DNA of 64,000 nt from Azolla caroliniana (Eukaryota > Plantae > Polypodiophyta). The stretch lies in NCBI GenBank assembly GCA_043228905.1, contig JBHGNT010000005.1:14136001-14200000 (forward strand). The letters run 5' to 3'. This document shows positions 61,118-64,000 of this stretch, piece after piece. The translations under genes were made by a program, and so were the position numbers. The notes beneath the pieces are model-generated. The model worked only from the letters and a program-made list of their open reading frames with translations. It searched no databases and was not told where the DNA came from. Numbering within the stretch: the first letter of the stretch is position 1; each line of letters starts with the position of its first letter.

Positions 61118-61957
61118 CATGGTTGTTTACATACCCGTATTTAACATTTAAATACGTATAATACCTCATAATTTGTATAGTACATATTATACCTCAATGT
61201 AGTTTAGTCAAATATCATGTACATTTGTCCAATACGGTATTTGACGCACATTTAAAAAACAGGTATAATATGTATTTATATAAAATTGTAAGTCAAACCC
61301 CAACAGAAAGCAAAAGAAAAAAAATTAGTGAAAAAGAAGCAAAAAGAAGGACGAAAGAGGAACAGAAGAGATGACGATGAAGAAGAAAAAGAAAAAGAGA
61401 GAAAAGAAGACTGAAACCTGTCTTGACTCTAAGTGTGATAATCATAGAAGATAGAACAAGAAGGATGACGAAGAAGATAATGAAGAAGGGAGAAGAAGAC
61501 AGAAACGTAAAGTGAGTGTGATAATTGTAGACGATTCCTCAATCTATAAGGGCATACTCGTAAATAATTGAAATTTGAAGTAGAACATCATGATACAGAC
61601 ACTAATTTATAGAACAAGTGAATGTTGACATTCATATTAATAAGTATTTTAGGATGTGAAATGTTCAAATGTCTTATATGCATTTTAGGATGTAGAACTA
61701 TAATGTACATCACAAAATTGTGTAAACATAGATGCTTATTACAATATTACAAATATTTTTTTGAAAGATAAGTAATTTTCAAATTCTAGAAGTATTTAAC
61801 GTACTATACATCAAATATGTCAAATATGTATTTTACGTATTTTATAAGTATTTAACATATTAAAAAACATATTTAACTTTTTTTAAAATTGGGAGGTACT
61901 ATACGCGTATTAATACGTATGGTATCCGTACCGTATCTAACGTACCTAGCAACCTTG
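61118..61957. mobile_element. Non-autonomous hAT-like element (MITE-like)
   Basis: Ends CATGGTTG...CAACCTTG; 8-bp TSD ATGACCAG/ATGACCAA; subterminal CGTA(T/C) repeats. It interrupts the gypsy frame DIFAWS|Y. Confidence 0.75.
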
Positions 61958-63750
61958 ATGACCAAGCAAAGATGTCATTATATTCTATGAGCAAATTGAC
62001 CAATGTCAAGTGTTCATCGGGAGCCAACTCTTTTGCTATTTTTAGTGTTCTCGGATCCGTGATGGTACCGAGATTAATCTCTTCTAGGATGGACACTTTC
62101 ACTTGTTGAGATATGGCTAGTTCTCGTTCGAGCGCTTCACGTGCATACCGTAATTCTTCGATCGATTTCGGATCGGGTTCTTGATCTATCTCTCCCTCTT
62201 CCGTCACCTCGAAAACATAAGGGTTCACGATTGTTACGATATTGATGTCAAACAATGGAATAATCTATGGGTGATCCTCTAGAAAGTAGTCAACCTCCTC
62301 CTCAGCTAGTCCATCGAGCATGTGAACACCTTCCACATATAGGGGAGTGGTATCCTTTGGGTTGTGGATTTGCTCTTCCGTGATGACACGTACCATAGTT
62401 TTCCCCCACCGGAACAAGATCATATTGCATTGCCATTGTTGCTTAATGTTGGTCGTGTGTAACCAAGGATGGCCGAGTAGCATCGGGTAAGTGCTAGGAG
62501 CATCCAACCGTAACATTACTGCTGAAATCGTGAAGGTGTGGCCTCCAAGAATAAAATCAAGGTGGCGGATTAAACCCATCAGCCTAACGAATCGTGTATC
62601 CGCCATAGGTAGGTTTTGAGGGAGCGGATGCGCTGATAGTGATGTCCTTCATTTTGGTATTCATGTGGTCGACATTGGCATTATTAGTTTTTTCAATCCT
62701 CTCCTTCGCGGGTTGCCAGATTTCATCCTGGACTTCCCTGGCATGTGTTGGGCCTTGCTTCGTGTTGTGACCTGTTGTAGTTCGGCCGTAATGATATTAA
62801 CGGTGGGCCCTTTGCCGCGATCATTGACCGGACAATGGGTGGTAGAATCCCAGGTTGATTATAGTTAAAACATGTGATCTGTGCCGAGTTGCTTGATTCC
62901 CCTTACTCGAATTGAGGTGTTTGATACGATCAGGGGTTTTCTTCTCTGAGCAGCACGGCATACTACTGTGCTAGATGGGAATCTTCCTGAGGCTCGATGT
63001 TGGAAGGCAGTTGACAATGGTTTGGACGCGGTCGGTCTCAACGTCGATTATCTTGAGGTTGTTGATTATTTCTTGATTGCCGATGACCTCGATTATGTTG
63101 GGGAGGCCGCCAATCGTGCCTTTGGTCGGAACAATGTCTTGGGTCATAATCGTCGTTCCGATCGCATCGATAATAGTCATCCACTAGTTGATAGCGGTCC
63201 TCTCTAGGCCGATAACGATCTTCCTAGGGCTGGTACCGATTTTCTGGCTGGTAACGATCCTCCTAGGGTTGCTTCTGATTGTTTGGCTGATAGCTATCCT
63301 CCTCAAGCTGATACATATCCTCACGGCGTCGTCGTATCGGGGTCGTTCGGCTTCCCGCAATCTACATGGCAGATGATCACGATCATCCTATCGATGGCGA
63401 TTGTAGCGGAGTTCGATTTGGCATACCGAAGTGGTGGTTGTGCGATTCAACATATTATGTTCACATTGTTCCACCGTATGCGTGCGGGAGTTGCAGATCG
63501 GGCACTACGGTCGAAAAGTGCAATCTACGGGTAAGTGGCTGGAATTCGAGCATGTCGTGAATTGGATTGCCTACAGAAATTGGGTTTCTTCGTGTGTTCG
63601 CAAGGCGTTTTGGAGTGAGCCCATTGAGAAATATGTACTAGTTTGAGCTTTGTCCAATGTGAGGACACGAGTGACCACCTACTCGATTGTTTGTTGTGAG
63701 AAGTCGGTTAGTATTGGGGAAACCATGTCCCTCCGGATGGGATGAGCCGA
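61958..63750 (-). mobile_element. Degenerate gypsy gag-protease fragment related to the 42951 element
   Basis: LGGHTFTISAVMLRLDAPSTYPMLLGHPWL; LEEINLGTITDPRTLKIAKEL...DIFAWS. Confidence 0.85.
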
Positions 63751-63764
63751 ATCGAAGAGCAAGC

Positions 63765-64000
63765 TCAGCCGAGCATGAAAATCAATTTCACGAAGCAATC
63801 AACCGCGCAGTGAGATGCGACAATCGCCTCTTCAAACGACGTTCAGAACATCAGTTCCAGATGCCAAGGGCAAGATTTGAGCCTACCTACGCCTCACTGG
63901 TAGCGAAACCTTTTCCGAGGGATTCATATAATGCGCCTCAAGTAAGTACTCCAACTCCGATGGCAATTGACACCACACGTCGTCGTGGACTACTATCGAA
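63765..64000 (+). pseudogene. Chromovirus gag fragment, same family as 7500-7730
   Basis: EAINRAVRCDNRLF...PTPMAIDTTRRRG is near-identical to the 7433-7945 ORF. Confidence 0.85.

Overview
Eukaryotic (land-plant) nuclear DNA, most likely a fern or another non-seed vascular plant; this is inferred from the style of the PLS-PPR protein and the retroelement types. About 85% of the window is nested, mostly decayed Ty1/copia and Ty3/gypsy LTR retrotransposons and solo LTRs. These surround a small gene island with two intact, intronless, convergent genes: a PHT1 phosphate transporter (21217-22839 +) and a PLS-class PPR-E protein (23183-25780 -). The main find is a TIR DNA element (30281-42744, termini AACACG...CGTGTT, 4-bp TSD GTGT confirmed by an adjacent empty-site duplicate), with a second partial copy at ~55620-59947. 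It carries an intron-containing gene for a ParB-like domain fused to a bacterial/phage-type beta-class N6A/N4C DNA amino-methyltransferase (DIPY...QKP...LDLFxGTGT). Upstream of that gene is a ~51-bp-period array of palindromic sites that is itself one long palindrome. Two further patterns: two unrelated gypsy LTR families carry antisense tRNA-like Pol III A/B boxes at canonical spacing, and one LTR group (TGTCGTG termini) inserts with 4-bp target sites centred on CG. All calls were made by eye, with no database searches.
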